A program made the position numbers and the translations under genes. This document shows, piece by piece, positions 22,937 to 33,906 of a stretch of DNA of 64,000 nt (within the stretch, counting starts at the first letter, position 1; each line of letters opens with the position of its first letter). The stretch lies in the NCBI GenBank assembly GCA_977017575.1, contig CDRNVI010000054.1:372001-436000 (forward strand). The letters are read 5' to 3'. Below the pieces are notes generated by a model that had not been told where the DNA came from, did no database searches, and was given only the letters and a program-made list of their open reading frames with translations. The stretch comes from Paramoeba atlantica. Its lineage: Eukaryota > Protista > Discosea.

Positions 22937-23640
22937 ACCCGCGGTCCCCCTAGTCTATAGAAAACGAAAAATGATTCCTAATTGCTTGTTCATACAGGGC
23001 AGTACCTGTAGAGATAATTAGGTCGAGCAGGGGTAAGCGCAATCAACGCTCCCTGCTGGACCTTTTCGCCTTCCGAGGCAACACAGGGAAAAGCGCGGGA
23101 TATCCTCCCCAGGAAAGCGAAAAGAGACGGCCTCATCGGGATAATATGTCCCGAGATGTTTCGTAAGCGCAGTGCGCCAGGAAAGATATACGGATTTGTG
23201 GGACGCGGATGATATTCCCATCGTACATGCTACAAATGACTTCCATGGTTCATGATACAACATGGTCAGGGCCATGGATGCATGCTGGCAAATGGAGTCA
23301 TGGTTCATGATGCATCATAGGCATCGGGGTCCCACAGAATCCGCCACGGCTGGTGAGCAAGGGAGGTGCATAGAACATCCTCTAGAACACGCATACAACG
23401 TGTTTGCTCGCCGTGTGGGAGACTTCCGGTATATGGAAGCCTCCTACGCGCAGAAGTACCGGTGTCGCCGGATAGTGAAGGCACGCCGCGTGGTCCCGTA
23501 GTAGGGTCCTGCAGCGCATGGGGACTCGGAACCGTGTTCCGAGCGGGGTGCTGGGAGATGAGGGAAGGGAGGCGCACATATTATTTGTATGATAATCGTG
23601 ACAATAAATCCCCTTTACGTAATCTTCTATCTCAAACCTT

Positions 23641-23684
23641 CTTTATTGCGCTCTCTCTCGCTCTCCCCCTTCCCCCTTTTTTAG
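23641..23684 (+). promoter_or_regulatory. Polypyrimidine tract and AG, putative trans-splice acceptor of the GPD gene
   Basis: CTCTCTCTCGCTCTCCCCCTTCCCCCTTTTTTAG 50 nt before the ATG; similar tracts precede 14145, 33907 and 48713. Confidence 0.55.
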
Positions 23685-23733
23685 TCCCTCATTCTCTTCG
23701 CCCCTCCCCCCCCTCTTCCATCCCGGCTTCTTC

Positions 23734-25803
23734 ATGAAACTCCTCACCCGGCTCTCCCGTCGCACCCGCACCACCCTCTACCTCACCGCGGGTACCACCC
23801 TTACCACTCTACTTCTGCTCAACCACTACCCCGGTCTCTCCTCCCGCTCCTTCCCCCCCGTCCACACCCTACCGCCCTTTATCCATGAACACCCCCCCTC
23901 CAGAATGCAGAACGTAAAGCGACTCAGGGCATCGGGGTTGTCGGTCTCGGAATCTTCTCCTTCTGCTGCTGCAAATTCTTCTTCATCGAATTCTAATTCT
24001 GCTGCTTCTGCTGTTTCTGGTTCTAATTCCTCTAGTTCTGCCGCTTCTAATCCTTCTACTTCTTCGAACTCGAGATCTTCTTCTTCTAATAACAAACAAC
24101 AACAACAACAACCCCAACCCCTCGACCTCCTCATCATCGGCGGCGGTGCCACCGGGTGTGGCTGTGCCCTCGACGCCGCCCTCCGTGGTCTCCGCGTCGG
24201 TCTCGTCGAACAAGGCGATTTCGCCAGCGGGACCTCCGCGAAAAGCACAAAACTCATCCACGGGGGGGTGCGCTACCTCGAAAAAGCCCTGTTCGGGGCC
24301 GACCTCGGACAGTTCAAACTCGTCTACGAGGCGCTCCGGGAGCGGTCGATTTTAATCCACCAAGCCCCGCACCTGTGTCACCCCATCGCCACCCTCCTCC
24401 CCTGCTACGCCTGGTGGGAACTCCCGTGGTACTATTGCGGGCTCAAGTTCTACGACCTCGTGGCCGCGTGCAGTCTCGGCACGCTGCAAACGAGCACCGG
24501 TCTAACCGCGGGCGCCTCCAAGGAGCGTTTCCCCACACTACGGGGGAGCGGACCGGGGGGGAGGAAACTCTCTGGGTCCATTGTGTACTATGATGGGCAA
24601 ATGGACGATGCCCGGGTGAACGTGTCGCTGGCACTGTCCGCGAGTTGTCACGGCGCGGCGGTGGCGAACTACACCCAGGTGGTGTCGTTGATTCAAGACG
24701 GGGAGAAGACGCGTACGGCGACCGGGGTGGTGGTCCGGGATGAGCTCACGGGGGAGGAGTACCCGATTCGCGCAAAAGCGATTGTGAATGCAACGGGGCC
24801 CTTTACGGATTTAATTCGTAAAATGGGGGAAGCGAGTGCCCCGGAGATTAGTATCCCGGCGGCGGGGGTCCATGTGACGTTGCCGGGGTTTTATACCCCA
24901 GAGAGTACGGTGCTGATTGTGCCGAAAACAGCGGATGGTCGTGTGGTGTTTCTTGTGCCATGGCTTGGGGCCACCATTGCGGGAACCACCGATGAGGTTG
25001 TGCCCCTCTCTCGAGAACCTCGAGGGAAGGAATCGGATGTGCAGTTTATTCTCAACACCCTGAAGGATTATATTGGGATTGAAATGAAGCGTAGTGATGT
25101 AAAAAGTGTGTGGTGCGGGATCCGTCCACTGGCTAAAGATCCAAATGCTGCCATGAAAAACGGTGCCTCCGCGAGTGTCCTCCGGGAGCATTCTGTTTTT
25201 CTAAGCCCCGCCGATGGGGTGGTGAGTGTGACCGGGGGAAAATGGACCACGTACCGAAAAATGGCACAAGACACGATCGATTTTGTTTTGAAACATAAGC
25301 CTGAGATTAGGGAAATAGAGGGAGGATCCGGCGGAGGAAAAGCGATGGCAAAACACAAAATAAAGCCGTGTGTCACGGAAAATATTCAACTCATTGGTGC
25401 ACGGCGGTATGGCAAGGAGTTGCTGCCACAACTTGCTCAGGACTACGCAAATGTGTTTTCCTATGCCTCTGCTGGGCGGCTGTGTGAAGCCTACGGGGAC
25501 CGGGCAGCTCTGGTCGCGGAGATTGCGAAAAGCGAGGATCAGGGTCGGGAGATCGTATCCGGGTTTCCGTTCATCGAGGCCGAGGTAACGTATTGTGCCA
25601 CGATGGAGTACGCCGAGCGGGCGGTTGATTTCCTCGCCCGACGCACCCGGTTGGCATTTCTCGATGTCACGCGTGCAAAGGAGGCGGTGCCCCGCGTGGT
25701 GGAACTCATGGGGGAGGTGAAGGGGTGGGGAACGATACGGCGGGCGGTGGAGACGGCTGAGGCGTATCGGTATCTTGACACGTTTACGGCAGAGTCCGTG
25801 TAA
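23734..25803 (+). CDS. GPD2: Mitochondrial FAD-dependent glycerol-3-phosphate dehydrogenase
   Basis: DLLIIGGGATGCGCALDAALRGL, DFASGTSAKSTKLIHGGVRYLEK, YYDGQMDDAR, GGKWTTYRKMA, DFLARRTRLAFLD. Confidence 0.97.
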   Translation: MKLLTRLSRRTRTTLYLTAGTTLTTLLLLNHYPGLSSRSFPPVHTLPPFIHEHPPSRMQNVKRLRASGLSVSESSPSAAANSSSSNSNSAASAVSGSNSSSSAASNPSTSSNSRSSSSNNKQQQQQPQPLDLLIIGGGATGCGCALDAALRGLRVGLVEQGDFASGTSAKSTKLIHGGVRYLEKALFGADLGQFKLVYEALRERSILIHQAPHLCHPIATLLPCYAWWELPWYYCGLKFYDLVAACSLGTLQTSTGLTAGASKERFPTLRGSGPGGRKLSGSIVYYDGQMDDARVNVSLALSASCHGAAVANYTQVVSLIQDGEKTRTATGVVVRDELTGEEYPIRAKAIVNATGPFTDLIRKMGEASAPEISIPAAGVHVTLPGFYTPESTVLIVPKTADGRVVFLVPWLGATIAGTTDEVVPLSREPRGKESDVQFILNTLKDYIGIEMKRSDVKSVWCGIRPLAKDPNAAMKNGASASVLREHSVFLSPADGVVSVTGGKWTTYRKMAQDTIDFVLKHKPEIREIEGGSGGGKAMAKHKIKPCVTENIQLIGARRYGKELLPQLAQDYANVFSYASAGRLCEAYGDRAALVAEIAKSEDQGREIVSGFPFIEAEVTYCATMEYAERAVDFLARRTRLAFLDVTRAKEAVPRVVELMGEVKGWGTIRRAVETAEAYRYLDTFTAESV

Positions 25804-26160
25804 GGGGGAGAGGGAGCGTTTATTTTGTTTTACGTGCGTTTGCACCATTTAAAGTCAACCAAAGCAATGTTGAGATAGGGAGGCATACAGTATTACGATC
25901 CGAAGAAAATACAAAGTCGGGAGTAGAGAACTGTGAACCCAGAACCTGAACGAAGTGTAGCTCTAATTATTTTTTTAATGAATCGTGTTTTTTCCTTCTG
26001 TAATATGACGACTTATGGATAAACTTGATCCCGAATTCAGACCCCATTCCTTAATCCCATCCTAGCAATGTTCTCAGGATGCCTAATAAATGATTTAAGT
26101 TAAAGACTTTTGCTAATTGTGATCCTCGGGCGTATCCCCGTGCAGCGTACCCATGTAACA

Positions 26161-26240
26161 TTGCGGTGGTGGTGTGACTACCGCTCTACCCTCGACTATT
26201 GAAAGTGACCATTGAAGTGAACAAAAACAGTGAAAAAAAC
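26161..26240. repeat. Dispersed 75-80 bp repeat, copy 1 of 3 (others 26471-26547 and 32701-32776)
   Basis: Shared TT(G/A)CGGTG.T.GT...ACTACC(G/T)CTCTACCCTCGA(T/C)TATTGAA...GTGAAC.AAAACA. Confidence 0.85.
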
Positions 26241-26589
26241 ATTTCACAGATTGATATGACCAAACTGTTTTTTAGAATCCAGGCATAAAGGAGCGACAGA
26301 GAAACGAAGCAAGAAATGTAAGAATGGCCTCTTTCTCCCACTTCTGTAAAATTGTACGATCTTGTGATAGTGTGGAAAGAATCTCACCCCAGGAGAATTT
26401 CACCCAGTAGGAACCCCAGGAGTCGGCTGCATTTTCTTTAGTATGAATACTCCTCCCCCCATTAATAATTATTACGGTGATTGTTTAACTACCGCTCTAC
26501 CCTCGATTATTGAAGAAAAAGTGAACCAAAACAAAGAAAATATACAGAGCAACACAGTAGTAAAATAGAGGAAAAAAATATAAAAAGAG

Positions 26590-29566
26590 GCCTCAAAGAC
26601 GTTCCTTTCCGATGCCGACGCCAGTGGGCTACGGTCCTAACAGCCACCGTCGCAACAGCCGAGAGGGAGAACACCGTCGCTGCATGGACACGACTAGCGA
26701 TGCTTCCGAAATGTGTCCTTCCAGCCCCGCATAGAAGAGGACGAAAGGGAAATAGCTCGTACGCCTCCCACGTGCGGAAATGTCTGGATCGCTGGGAAGC
26801 ACACGAATATTCAGCCCTGTGGAAAGAAGCTGTACTTGAACACCAGAAGAAGAGGAAGCAACGATCCGGAGCAGGTACACTACTGGATGAGGAAAAGAAA
26901 GCGATTCGCTCCGAACTACTGGTCCGTCAAGGAGAAGTTTCTCGAGGAATAGCTGCACTCACTTCGGCGCCAATGGCACCCGACAATGAGGAGACATATA
27001 ACAAACTAGTCACCAAGCACCCGAGCCGGCTGTTCGGTCCACTACGCCAAAGCGCACCGTCCTCCAACGAAATCATTTCCTTGACTGTCAATGAGGATGA
27101 TGTACGAAAGGCGATCCAAAGCTTTAACAGGGGCTCCTCAGGTGGAACCATGGCGCTACGAGCGGAACACATGCAAGCGGCATTATTCGCTGGAACTGAC
27201 ACGGATGTTCATCCCCTCGAGAGTCTCACAAAGCTTGCCAATCACCTACTCGCCGGTAAGGCTCCAGTTGAAGCACAACAATATTACGCAGGGGCTCGAT
27301 TGTGTGCATTGCAGAAAGGGCAAAATGATGTAAGACCTATCGCAGCAGGGGAAACGTTGCGCCGCATGGTCAGCAAGGCTGCCTGCTCTGTTGTAAAGTC
27401 CAAAGCTAGCACACTTTTCCAAGGACGTCAATATGGTGTGGCAACGGCATCTGGCTCCGAAAGGGTTATCCACCTCTGCCGCCAAGTGGTGGAGTCCACA
27501 AAGAATGACCCAGAATTTGTCTTATGCAAGGTGGACCTTCGTAACGCATTCAATACGGTTTCCAGGGCGGCGTTCATATCCCTATCAGAAAAGCACTTCC
27601 CCGAGTTGACTCCTTGGATAAATTGGTGCTACGCCACCGATAGCGCACTCACATATGGTTCTCAAACAGTTGCCTCCACCGAAGGAGTTCAACAGGGGGA
27701 CCCTTTAGGGCCCCTCCTTTTCTCCATGGTTCTGCGAGAGATTACTGAACTGATCGAGAATGAAGTGCCCAGCGGACTCCTCTTGCACCTTTGGTATCTC
27801 GATGACGGTGTTTTAGCTGGAAAATCCGACAGCGTACGGAGGGCGTTGGATGCTATAGCATGTGCGGGACCTCAGTGGGGGCTCCATCTTAATGCGAGTA
27901 AATGCGAGATAATATCTCATCCGGTATCCTCGCGTTGCACGGACTCATTCACTACCATCCCAGCCAGAATGAAAAATCACGAAGGAAACTTTAGCATTTT
28001 GGGTAGCCCAGTAGGGTCAGAAGAGTTCTGTATTGAATACCTACGTGAGTTTGCGATCGAACCTGCGGAAGCAACTCTAAAGGCGATAGGCATACTAGAA
28101 GACCCACAGGTAGCCCTCACGCTAATTCGCCACTGCGCTGGCTTTTGCCAATTAGTCTACTCCCTCCGCACAACGCCACCAAAATACATGGTAGACCTCT
28201 GTCAGAGGCTTGATAACGCCGTGCTCCGCGCTACGGAGCTTATACTCTGTCCTCTAGACGCCCCGGCACGAGCACAAATCCAACGCGACAAGAGACACGG
28301 TGGTTTTGGCCTAAGATCCTCCGTTACACATTCATCTGCAGCTTATGTCTCTTCAGCAGCCTTTGCGGGTTCTCAAGATGACTGGGCACCGTCCGAGGCG
28401 AAATGGTTTTCCGAGGCATTGGAGCGTGTTAACCGCCAGGCGGGAAAGACTTTGGTGGATTCGACAACCGGCAAAATACAGGAGGCACTAATCCACAAAG
28501 ATTATAACGCATCAACCAACCCTCTCAATGCACACCATGATCACAGCCTAGATGCCGGGATGAATGAAAAGCTGATTATCCCGCGACAGAAACACCTTTG
28601 TCGCGAGACAGGCGACCGGGAATTTTCTTCAGCATATGAGGCAGCAGACTTCAACACACGCGCACGTTTGATTTCGCAAACTGGCAGAGGGGCCGCGAGT
28701 TGGGCATTCGTTATTCCCTCCAAGGAGAGAGGATACTCTTACGCTCCTACTGAGTTTCGCGCCTTGTCCCGCTGGTGGTTGGGAGCAGACATTTACCCCA
28801 GAACGCGGCCCTGTCCTATGGGGAGGTGTCAGCAACCGTTGGGACCAAAAGGCGACCATGCCGTGTCCTGTAAGTGTGGACATGGCATCATGACGCGCCA
28901 CAACGCGCTGGCGTGTCAATTTGTCGATTTCTGCAGTAAGGCGCACCTCGCCCCCCAACGGGAGGTAAGTCTTGGCAATCGCGGTCCCGCTGGAGCGCCC
29001 ACGAGGCCTGGTGATGTCGTTTTGCCCAGCATTGGCTTAGGCAAGTCTCTGGTGCTTGATTTCGCCGTTACCCACGTTCAGCAACCCAAATACGCGGACC
29101 TCGTCCGTAACGCTAACGGGGTGACGGCGGGATCATTCGCCGAGAGCTATGCCACAAGCCATAAGCAGGTGCAGCGACGGGACGCCGAGACTGCTGGGCA
29201 CGACTTCGCGGCCATGGTCGTAGGCTCCTATGGCTCGTGGTCCGACAGCGCCCTCGCTGTGCTTAAGAAGGTTGGAGCGTGGCGCTCTGCTGCGTCCCAA
29301 GGGACGATGGACAGGGGAACGGCGACGGCAAATCTCATCCGTGACTTGAATGTCACTTTAATGCGAGCTCAGGCTCCTATGATGGTGGCGCGGATGGCAG
29401 AAGATGACCCGGATCCACCTCTGCTCCTGAATTAGAGGGTGATGCATTTTTTTTCTTTATCTTTTCTTTGGTTTGGTTTCGTCAAATAGAGTGATTTGTT
29501 GTAGATTGATTTATAGAGATAAATTTGATTTGGTTTGGTTTTGTCAAATAGAGTGAAAAAAAAAAA
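26590..29566 (+). mobile_element. CRE-clade non-LTR retrotransposon, 5'-truncated, ending in A11
   Basis: Frame is open from about 26590 (DVPFRCRRQWATVL...AWTRLAMLPKCVL); short duplicated 3' UTR motif and A-run at 29556-29566. Confidence 0.85.
26700..29435 (+). CDS. Reverse transcriptase + CCHC + restriction-like endonuclease of a CRE-type element
   Basis: VRPIAAGETLRR, VDLRNAFN, GVQQGDPLGP, WYLDDG, C-x-C...RHN, RPGD, LDFAVTH; 911 aa with no stop. Confidence 0.92.
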   Translation: MLPKCVLPAPHRRGRKGNSSYASHVRKCLDRWEAHEYSALWKEAVLEHQKKRKQRSGAGTLLDEEKKAIRSELLVRQGEVSRGIAALTSAPMAPDNEETYNKLVTKHPSRLFGPLRQSAPSSNEIISLTVNEDDVRKAIQSFNRGSSGGTMALRAEHMQAALFAGTDTDVHPLESLTKLANHLLAGKAPVEAQQYYAGARLCALQKGQNDVRPIAAGETLRRMVSKAACSVVKSKASTLFQGRQYGVATASGSERVIHLCRQVVESTKNDPEFVLCKVDLRNAFNTVSRAAFISLSEKHFPELTPWINWCYATDSALTYGSQTVASTEGVQQGDPLGPLLFSMVLREITELIENEVPSGLLLHLWYLDDGVLAGKSDSVRRALDAIACAGPQWGLHLNASKCEIISHPVSSRCTDSFTTIPARMKNHEGNFSILGSPVGSEEFCIEYLREFAIEPAEATLKAIGILEDPQVALTLIRHCAGFCQLVYSLRTTPPKYMVDLCQRLDNAVLRATELILCPLDAPARAQIQRDKRHGGFGLRSSVTHSSAAYVSSAAFAGSQDDWAPSEAKWFSEALERVNRQAGKTLVDSTTGKIQEALIHKDYNASTNPLNAHHDHSLDAGMNEKLIIPRQKHLCRETGDREFSSAYEAADFNTRARLISQTGRGAASWAFVIPSKERGYSYAPTEFRALSRWWLGADIYPRTRPCPMGRCQQPLGPKGDHAVSCKCGHGIMTRHNALACQFVDFCSKAHLAPQREVSLGNRGPAGAPTRPGDVVLPSIGLGKSLVLDFAVTHVQQPKYADLVRNANGVTAGSFAESYATSHKQVQRRDAETAGHDFAAMVVGSYGSWSDSALAVLKKVGAWRSAASQGTMDRGTATANLIRDLNVTLMRAQAPMMVARMAEDDPDPPLLLN

Positions 29567-29706
29567 TTTATTATGTAGCCCATGCCGCTTTCAAGAGAGT
29601 CAAAAAAAAAAAGAGGCCTCAGTGTTCAAAAACAAAAAAAAAATAGAAAAAATGTGTGTGTCTCGTCCCCTACCGCAAATGGACTTCTCATCGCACAAAA
29701 CAATTA

Positions 29707-30014
29707 CCTTATACCCCTCAGTAATAGAACCCCGAGTAACGGAGATTGGGCCTTTTTTAGGCTGTCCCCCAGTAAAATGTATTCGGGAGGGTGGTTGGAG
29801 GGGGAAGGCGCTGTTTGGGCGGGATGAGGGGGCGAGGGGTGAGGGGGTGAGAGGGCGGAGCGAATGTCGTAGTTGCTGGATTGGCTGGACAGAAAATCAA
29901 CCCGCTCTTGAACAAAAGAGGCCTTTGTCCACCAAAAAAGCATACCCCCCAGTAACAAGGATTAGGCCATTTTGGTCTAAAATTGATTCTATTACTAGAG
30001 GGGGAGGTATACGG
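29707..30014. mobile_element. MITE family B, 308 bp
   Basis: TA-CCTTATACCCC ... GGTATACGG-TA; internal identity to 8812-9109. Confidence 0.85.
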
Positions 30015-30809
30015 TAATCTCAGTTGGGTATCTGACCAAGTGAAATCCCTTCTTGTGTTGATCGGTCAGTGCATGCTTTCTTTTTAAAGTTCGCATAATC
30101 AATGGCATTTTCATCTGTGGCATTTCTTGACGTTTACCAAAGTTGTTATTGAGCACTTAAACCCAAGAACAAGCACAACACTATGGAGTGCACACCTGGA
30201 AGCGTGCGTTAGTAATTCGAATGTACTTATATGTTATAGGCGAATTAAGTTATAGTGGAAACTATAGTATTATAGGAACATATCCAAAACGAAAACAACG
30301 GAACGTGCGGCGCGAAACTTTTGATATCCCAGTCGTAAGTTATAGGATGTGTGGAGGCAGGGGGGTGAAAGGATATGCTCAGTAAATAGGGGTCCAATAT
30401 TTCGCTATGATTTTGTTATGAGGGTTGAGGAATTCACGGGTGTTATTAAATAGGCAGCATTATATAGATTGAGTGAACACGTTTTCTATGTACTGTTACA
30501 TTACATGAGAATTAAGTTCTCAATCCCATGCGGGATAACATTGCACGCCTTAGTGGGTCGATTCCGAAGGGCACTGTCCCGAAATCAGCTTATTGGGAGT
30601 TCCCTCGTTCATGGGCTCAAAGTTAATGAGTTTGTGGTTCTCTAGACTCTACTCCTTAATAAAAGTTGTTTTTTCGATCACGAATCATCTTTTCTTTTCT
30701 CCTCACGAATCAACTTTTCCTCCTTTCTTTTTATTCTCTTTTATCCCTTTTTTGTCTTTGCATTTAATATTTATATTGCCCTCACTATTTACACGAATGC
30801 TTTCATGTA

Positions 30810-30991
30810 CTGTACCCCTTCCCCTTAAGCGCACCCGGTCAGACCCCCCCGTTTAAGCGCACATAAAGTTGAGGTGGAGTCTCCGGCGCCGCGAAGCGGC
30901 GCCAAATATTTTTTATGTACTGATTCAGACCCCCCCATTTAAGCGCACTTTTCACGGAAAACGAGGTGCGCTTAAACGGGGAGGGGGACAG
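30810..30991. mobile_element. MITE family D, 182 bp
   Basis: TA-CTGTACCCC...GGGGGACAG-TA; TTAAGCGCAC repeats; central GGCGCCGC-GAA-GCGGCGCC hairpin. Confidence 0.8.
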
Positions 30992-31041
30992 TATTTAATT
31001 TTGAAATAATAGGATACACTTATTTGTTTTTACTAGCACCT

Positions 31042-31716
31042 ATGCGTTGCCCGAGCAAAACTCCTCGACCGATGTTCGTTTTCAGCGATGATATCCCACG
31101 TCGTCCAAGTAGAGTGCGTGGTTCTGTCTTGCCACAGGAATACACTCTATCTCAATTCGTGCGCAACTTGACCGGTAAACACGAATCATGGACGGATAGT
31201 ACACCTGCCTGTGAGTGGATGTTGGTCGAATGCGATGCTCATGAGCACGTTACGTCGCTGAAGTGGAGCAGAACGCTATTCGAGGACTTTGAGTTCGATC
31301 CTCCGTGTGCAGATATAAAAGGCGAGCTACAATGGGAGTACACACCACAAACCTTGTTAGTCTTTGAATCTTTCTTGCAAGATTTATCTGGTCCTGTGCG
31401 ACTGGCTTTATTGCCATCATGCTTGAGAGAGTTTGATATTGGTGGGAACGAGTGCAGTGGGCACCTGGATCTCACGCACTTACCATGTTCATTGGAATTA
31501 TTGAATTTAAGCTATAACGGTTTTGAAGGGGATATTGATCTTAACTCTCTTCCCGCTTCTCTATGTTTCCTGAACCTGAGTTCTAATGCACTTTATGGGA
31601 GCTTAGACTTTTCCAAGATTTCTAGTACCGTGCGGATTCAGCTTGACCGTAATTGCTTCATCATACCTGACGCTGTACCTCAAAATGTTGCCGTGGGAAA
31701 GCAAAAAAGAAATTAG
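31042..31716 (+). CDS. LRR protein with LRRNT-like cap
   Basis: LPQEYTL...WTDSTPACEWMLVEC followed by LRR units. Confidence 0.88.
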   Translation: MRCPSKTPRPMFVFSDDIPRRPSRVRGSVLPQEYTLSQFVRNLTGKHESWTDSTPACEWMLVECDAHEHVTSLKWSRTLFEDFEFDPPCADIKGELQWEYTPQTLLVFESFLQDLSGPVRLALLPSCLREFDIGGNECSGHLDLTHLPCSLELLNLSYNGFEGDIDLNSLPASLCFLNLSSNALYGSLDFSKISSTVRIQLDRNCFIIPDAVPQNVAVGKQKRN

Positions 31717-31894
31717 TAAATTCTTTTGACCCTCGCGCTTAAGGCGCCTGGCTCTTAACCCCCTTTAATACGCAGAAAACTGAAAATGTAGAACAGTTTC
31801 GTGAAGTGATGCCCACAAACTTTTTGGGGGTTAGGAGGGTCAAGAACACGATTTGCAAATTTGAAAAACTGTAAAAAATGGTCAAAAATTACCC

Positions 31895-32700
31895 TCAATA
31901 CCCACAGGAAGATCCGTTTCGCTCAATAACGATGCGGCAACGTTTGCGAAACCTGTTCGTCGTGTTAGTACACTCATGCTTGCGTTCGGATTGTAATCTT
32001 GCGAACGCCGTCTGAATGGCCGATACTACTTCAGCCCGATTCTTGGGTCGGAGATCATTTTTGATCCTGTCCATGGTCCCCCAAAGGTTTTCGATGGTGT
32101 TTAAATCGGGGGATTTTGCAGGCCAAGAGAGTGCATTAATGCCTTCGTTGCGAAAGGTTGTTCGTGCAAAATTATGAACAGGACAATTATACATTTCAAT
32201 GACTGCAGCTGGGTGGCGCCTCACATAATTTAAAAGTCCTTTGTGCTTCTTCATGGCGTCATTGAAAACATCCCCGGTTACAGTTACTTTCCGGCCGGAA
32301 GGGTCGTGGGGGGGAAAAAATTGTGGATGAAATCCATGATTTAAACTTACTCCCATCCACACCATGACGCCGTTCCCTCCAAGGTTCTGGCTCTCCCTGT
32401 TGTTCCTTAGCGGGGTCAGTCTTCCGGCAAAGGTAAGTAATTTTGTTTCGTCCCCTGCCGCACGTGAACTTCTCATCGCGGAAAATAATTTGTCTCAGCT
32501 GGGTATCTGATGAAGTGAGCATCTCAGAACAAAATTGCACTCGTTTCCTCCAGATGTGCTGACAGGAGATCTACGTGAAATAGGACGGCTTTCCACGTGT
32601 CCTGTATTTTCACAGCGTACCACAAGATATTTTATGGTATTTCCGTGAACGCCGAAGTTTCGGGCTGTCCGATAATACGACCGAGTCTCATAGCTGCAGA
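31895..32700 (-). pseudogene. Tc1-like transposase copy, frameshifted, second Asp mutated to Tyr; keeps the C terminus
   Basis: HTH relic near 32690, RDEKFTC, GVMVWMG, MYNCPVH...WPAKSPDLNTIENLW, FRKRCRIVIERNG. Confidence 0.88.
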
Positions 32701-32773
32701 ATTGCGGTGGTTGTATAACTACCTCTCTACCCTCGATTATTGAAAAAAAGTGAACAAAAACAGTGAAAATATA

Positions 32774-33165
32774 CAGGGGTGCGGGTCTAAAGGTGGGGGG
32801 GTCTAAAATTCGTAAAAGTTGTCCAATTTTGGAAAATAATAGCGCATTGGATAGCTCTCACAGAGTTGTATGTTTTAGGCGCATTAAAATCCTGAGATTT
32901 TAACGTACATATTTTTTGATACCACATTTCGCTTTTTTCCCTCGCAGGAATTACATTTTTTACTAGAAAATGCCCCAAAAGCGCGCTCGCTCGAGGACTT
33001 CCCGTGGAGTACTGAGCGATAGATCGTATTCTTCCCCCGCCCCCGTCAAAGAGAGTCACCGCATGCTTTTGGTGGCGGAATACGAGCGCACAGGATCGTA
33101 CTCCGCTACGGCGCAGCACTTTGGTGTTCATGAGAACACTGTAAAACTACTTAGTTGCTCCTGAA
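32774..33165 (+). mobile_element. 5' fragment of a Tc1-like element (TIR plus transposase N terminus)
   Basis: TA-CAGGGGTG TIR; MPQKRARSRTS...HRMLLVAEYERTGSYSATAQHFGVHENTVK. Confidence 0.85.
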
Positions 33166-33404
33166 AAACCGTACAGAGTTTACTCTGGAACTTACTGTGC
33201 TGTGGGAGCAAAACTATGAAAATGTGAACCAATGCAAGAGCGAGAAGCACAATTTCCCTCTCCACGAGCGGCGCATGTCTCACCCCGACTGCCACACGAA
33301 CACCTTCGAGATAAGCGCACGCGGCGTAACGAAGACGCCGAAAGCGCACCTCATTTTCCATGAAAAGTGCGTTTCAACGGGGGGCCTGAATCAGTACGTA
33401 ATAA

Positions 33405-33500
33405 AAAAATTGTCATTGCTTCGCGGAGCTGGAGTCTGCACCTCAACTCTATGTGCGCTTAAACGGGGGGGGTCTGACCGAGTGCGATTAAGGGAGGGTA
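33405..33500. mobile_element. Partial MITE family D copy
   Basis: Reverse complement of 30820-30895 (ATGTGCGCTTAAACGGGGGGGTCTGACCG). Confidence 0.7.
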
Positions 33501-33906
33501 GTATAATTTTATATTATTGCAGCGATGATTTCCGCATAAAAATATAAAAAATGTATCATGTCGCCATTTTTTTCGTCCCTCCCCGCCGAAAATACAAACT
33601 ACGGTCTCGGTCCAGTCTCGGACAAAGTACCCGCAGTCCCTCAATTTTTACCTCTACGTGATGATTATAGTGCACGCCCCAGTTTGAGAAGGCTTGATAC
33701 AATCCGCAACCTTGATTTACTGATTTATGCAGTCAATTCGTTTTTCGTGCTCCTCTAGTCTAGATTTCCTCTAACACCTTGGTCCACATCATCCATCTTT
33801 ATGGTTGATAAAACAGAAGACAAGTACATTAAATAATTTTATCACCAGAACTTCGTTTTTCCTTCCTTTTCAAATTTCTCCTCCTTCATTACTCAGCTCC
33901 GAAGTC

